From Planctomycetota bacterium (GTDB lineage: Bacteria; Planctomycetota; Planctomycetia; Pirellulales; Lacipirellulaceae), in contig JBCCXZ010000066.1 in the NCBI GenBank assembly GCA_039190745.1, forward strand, positions 1 to 18,599: 18,599 nt of DNA. The letters are read 5' to 3'. This document shows positions 16,057 to 18,599 of this stretch, piece by piece. The notes under the pieces are model-generated. The model was not told the origin of the DNA and ran no database searches. It saw only the letters and a program-made list of their open reading frames with translations. Made by a program: the position numbers and the translations under genes. How positions within the stretch are numbered: the stretch's first letter is position 1; every line of letters starts with the position of its first letter.

Positions 16057-17166
16057 CTACCAGGCCGCGGGGACGAGCAACTCACCCGCAACTGGAGCCG
16101 GGGACTCGTCGGAGAGCTGCACAATAAGCGTCTCCAGCACCCGGCGGGCCCTGTCCTTCGTCGAGTTGTAGTCCTTCAGCTGCAGGTCGGCCGCCAAGAC
16201 CCAGTCGTTGAGCCTCGCCGCCCGGCCGCGGCCGAGCTGGCGGAGCTGCCGCTGGGCGTCATCGATCTTGAAGGGGGGGAACCCAGCCGAGGTAAGCGCC
16301 TGACGCAGCGAGGGCCGCCGGCCAGCCCGCTCGCCCTCCTCGAACAGCCGCGTCGCGGCGGCAAACTTCCGGAGTCTGGATGCCAACTGCGGCAAGATCG
16401 CGTGGGCCTCCTCGCCCGCCCTCAGCAGCCGGTCGAGCTGCGCGAGCGCATCGGCCGACCGGCCGTCGGTCGCCGCGTCGATCATGTCCCAGGTCTTCCG
16501 CGCACGCCAGCCGCCGACGTGTTTGCCGACAAGCTCTGTGTCGATCCGACGAGACTCCCCAGCCAACAAAGCGAGCCGGGCGACTTCTTGGAACAACAAC
16601 CCCGGCGCGGGCGGGAGCAATTCAATCAAGCGCTCGGCTGCGGCGGCCTCCAGTTCCGCATCGTGTTCACGCCCCGCGACGGCAACCAGCCACCGCTTGA
16701 GCTGGGCAGCGTGCTCCTTGACCTCGCGACCGCTGCTCGGCGTCTGGCAGCGAACCACCAACCCCGACTGCTGGATCGCTTTTGCTAGCCGGGTGTTGCC
16801 CGGCAGCGTCGAGACCTCCAAGACCAGCAAGGCGTCGACCCGCGGGCGGGCCGCGTAGTCTTCGAGCCGATCGCGGTGCTGCTTAACCAAGGGGTCTGCC
16901 TCGGCGACGACCACCACACGCGTCCCCGAGCCGAACAACGACCGCTCGCTCACTGCGTCGAGCACGTCCCGCAGCTCGGCGGTCTTGCCGTCTAGCACCT
17001 CAACATCCGGCTCGTCGCTCGAGCCCACTGAGTCGATCACCCAGTTACGGACCGCGTGCGTGAGGAAAGGCTCGTCGCCGACGACCGCCATCACGGGCTC
17101 GGGCTGATTCTTGCGTTCAGCAAGGAGTTCCAGAGCGTGAACTGTGTTGGTCTTGGATTTAGCCAT
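16057..17166 (-). CDS. holA: DNA polymerase III delta subunit
   Basis: VVGDEPFL, SLFGSGTRVVVV, AAERLIELL, QEVARLAL, WDMIDA...ALAQLDRLL..GE, and ADLQLK...LETLI. Start moved to ATG 17166 (MAKSK). Confidence 0.88.
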   Translation of the reverse strand: MAKSKTNTVHALELLAERKNQPEPVMAVVGDEPFLTHAVRNWVIDSVGSSDEPDVEVLDGKTAELRDVLDAVSERSLFGSGTRVVVVAEADPLVKQHRDRLEDYAARPRVDALLVLEVSTLPGNTRLAKAIQQSGLVVRCQTPSSGREVKEHAAQLKRWLVAVAGREHDAELEAAAAERLIELLPPAPGLLFQEVARLALLAGESRRIDTELVGKHVGGWRARKTWDMIDAATDGRSADALAQLDRLLRAGEEAHAILPQLASRLRKFAAATRLFEEGERAGRRPSLRQALTSAGFPPFKIDDAQRQLRQLGRGRAARLNDWVLAADLQLKDYNSTKDRARRVLETLIVQLSDESPAPVAGELLVPAAW

Positions 17167-17408
17167 CGCCGCTGCAGTTAAAGAAGTTGCAACCGGAAAA
17201 ATCAGACGACGCCTGCGGCGTCGAGCCCGCCGGGAGCCGCGGCGCGCAGAATCGTTGCTGGCGTTTCGCAGCCCGATTAGGATAAAGGTTCGTGGGCTGT
17301 TCAGCAGCCCCCGACTTCTCGACCGGAACACACTCTAATACGCATTACCGAGCGCTACTGACCAAGCCGCTCTAAAGGACGCCCGCCCGGGGCGCCGCGT
17401 GTCTGCCA

Positions 17409-18599
17409 ATGAAGCCGTCTCGACGTGTGCGCTTCGCGCTCCTTGTACTGACGTTCTCGCTGGCCGCTGCGCTAGACGCCCCGCACTCGCACGCGGGCTT
17501 CGGCTGCCCGTTGCACGCAGTGAGCTACTGTGCATGCGGCGGACACAGCCCTGCGGCGATCGGAGACTCTGACCCCGGGGAGGTTTCCGCTTTCCAGACC
17601 GGCATGAGGAATGGCATCACACGCACCTCGACGACGTCTTCCTCCCTACCCGGCCGACCCGTCGAAGCTACCTGGAGCGTCGTGCCCGACGGCACACCCA
17701 TCCCGGCGAGCCCGCTCATCCCCGGCGAGTCTAACGACCCAAGCAGCCTGATCGGCTTCCTCGACAACATCTTCCACAACGGTCCTGGCCCTGGCGGCAG
17801 CAGCGAGCTGATGCAACGCGACTGGTGGCCGCTGGTCAACTCCGCCTTCGAGCGGTGGGACCAGCTCTCCGGCGTCTCGTTCAGCTACGAGCCCGCAGAC
17901 GACGGCGCCGCTTTCCCGAACTCCTTGGGCGTGCTCGGCACACGCGGCGACATCCGCCTCAGCGGGCACCGGCTCGACGGCGGCAACCGGCCCTCGATCC
18001 TCGCCTACAACTACTCCCCCAACCGCGCCGACATGGTGATCGACACCACCGAAACGGTCTTCTTCTCCGACGACTCGGGCAATTACCTCCGCCTCCGCAA
18101 CATGCTGATGCACGAGATCGGCCACGGGCTCGGCATCATGCACGTCGAGTCGGCAGACGTGAACCCCGGCGCCGCGGGTGTGCAATTCGGTACGTTCCTG
18201 ATGGAGCCCACGCTCTCTACCGCGTTCGACGGGCCGCAGTTCGACGATATCCTCGCCGTGCACACACTCTACGGCGACGCCCTCGACAAGGGCGCCGGCA
18301 ACGACACCGCCGCCACCGCCACGCCGCTGGGCACGGCAACCTTCGCCAACCCGCTCGCGATCGGAACCGACGCCGACGACGCCTTCGTCGCCTTCGACGA
18401 GACCGACTTCGTCAGCATCGACGACGAAACAGACGACGACTACTTCAGTTTCACCATCCAGAACGCCGGCAAGGTGAACCTCGTGCTCACCCCCAAAGGC
18501 CCCAGTTACCTGGAAGGGCCTGAACAATCTGCCGGGACCAGTAACCAAGACATCTTCGACGCGTCCGCTTTGAACGACCTCTCAATGTCTTTGTTCGAC
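17409..18599 (+). CDS. Secreted matrixin-like (M10) zinc metalloprotease, 5' part; runs off the window
   Basis: Hand-translated open frame from ATG 17409 (not in the ORF track). Signal peptide, AFERW, GDIRLSG, the metzincin motif HEIGHGLGIMH (18111-18143), Met-turn FLMEP and DDI.AVHTLYG, then a PPC-like DDYFSFT. Confidence 0.88.
   Translation, partial: MKPSRRVRFALLVLTFSLAAALDAPHSHAGFGCPLHAVSYCACGGHSPAAIGDSDPGEVSAFQTGMRNGITRTSTTSSSLPGRPVEATWSVVPDGTPIPASPLIPGESNDPSSLIGFLDNIFHNGPGPGGSSELMQRDWWPLVNSAFERWDQLSGVSFSYEPADDGAAFPNSLGVLGTRGDIRLSGHRLDGGNRPSILAYNYSPNRADMVIDTTETVFFSDDSGNYLRLRNMLMHEIGHGLGIMHVESADVNPGAAGVQFGTFLMEPTLSTAFDGPQFDDILAVHTLYGDALDKGAGNDTAATATPLGTATFANPLAIGTDADDAFVAFDETDFVSIDDETDDDYFSFTIQNAGKVNLVLTPKGPSYLEGPEQSAGTSNQDIFDASALNDLSMSLFD

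Noticed and set aside
17167..17331. Arg-rich N-terminal extension of HolA, and similar extensions on other track ORFs
   Set aside because: These come from longest-ORF calling; family motifs, signal peptides or RBS positions support the downstream starts.
17646..18548. 300-aa minus-strand ORF and 232-aa plus-strand ORF
   Set aside because: Both are shadows of the matrixin frame starting at 17409, which carries the HExxHxxGxxH motif.

Overview
GC-rich bacterial chromosomal segment. The gene content (PEP-CTERM protein, secreted matrixin, Tat-exported Gfo/Idh/MocA protein, signal-peptide Dabb protein) suggests a Planctomycete, by inference. Left to right: (1) 5' end of a secreted lactonase; (2) a self-contained sigma54 module, in which a divergent activator with an unrecognised N-terminal domain faces candidate enhancer sites, an IHF-like site and a consensus -24/-12 promoter for a monocistronic ~854-aa polytopic membrane protein; (3) a tandem Dabb protein and a sugar-porter MFS transporter; (4) a PEP-CTERM gene with a terminator-like hairpin in its leader; (5) a ~425-bp nested inverted-repeat element (REPIN/MITE-like); (6) a compositionally distinct two-gene cassette of a UmuC-like Y-family polymerase and a short, divergent SRAP/YedK-like protein, behind a LexA-like box and with no umuD; (7) more REP-like hairpins, then a hypothetical protein, an oxidoreductase, a DUF1080-like protein, a lipoprotein, holA and the 5' part of a matrixin-like metalloprotease. 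The two best candidates for a poorly described system are the UmuC-like/mini-SRAP cassette and the sigma54 activator/membrane protein module. No rRNA, tRNA or CRISPR array was seen. All family calls rest on motif recognition; no database search was run.
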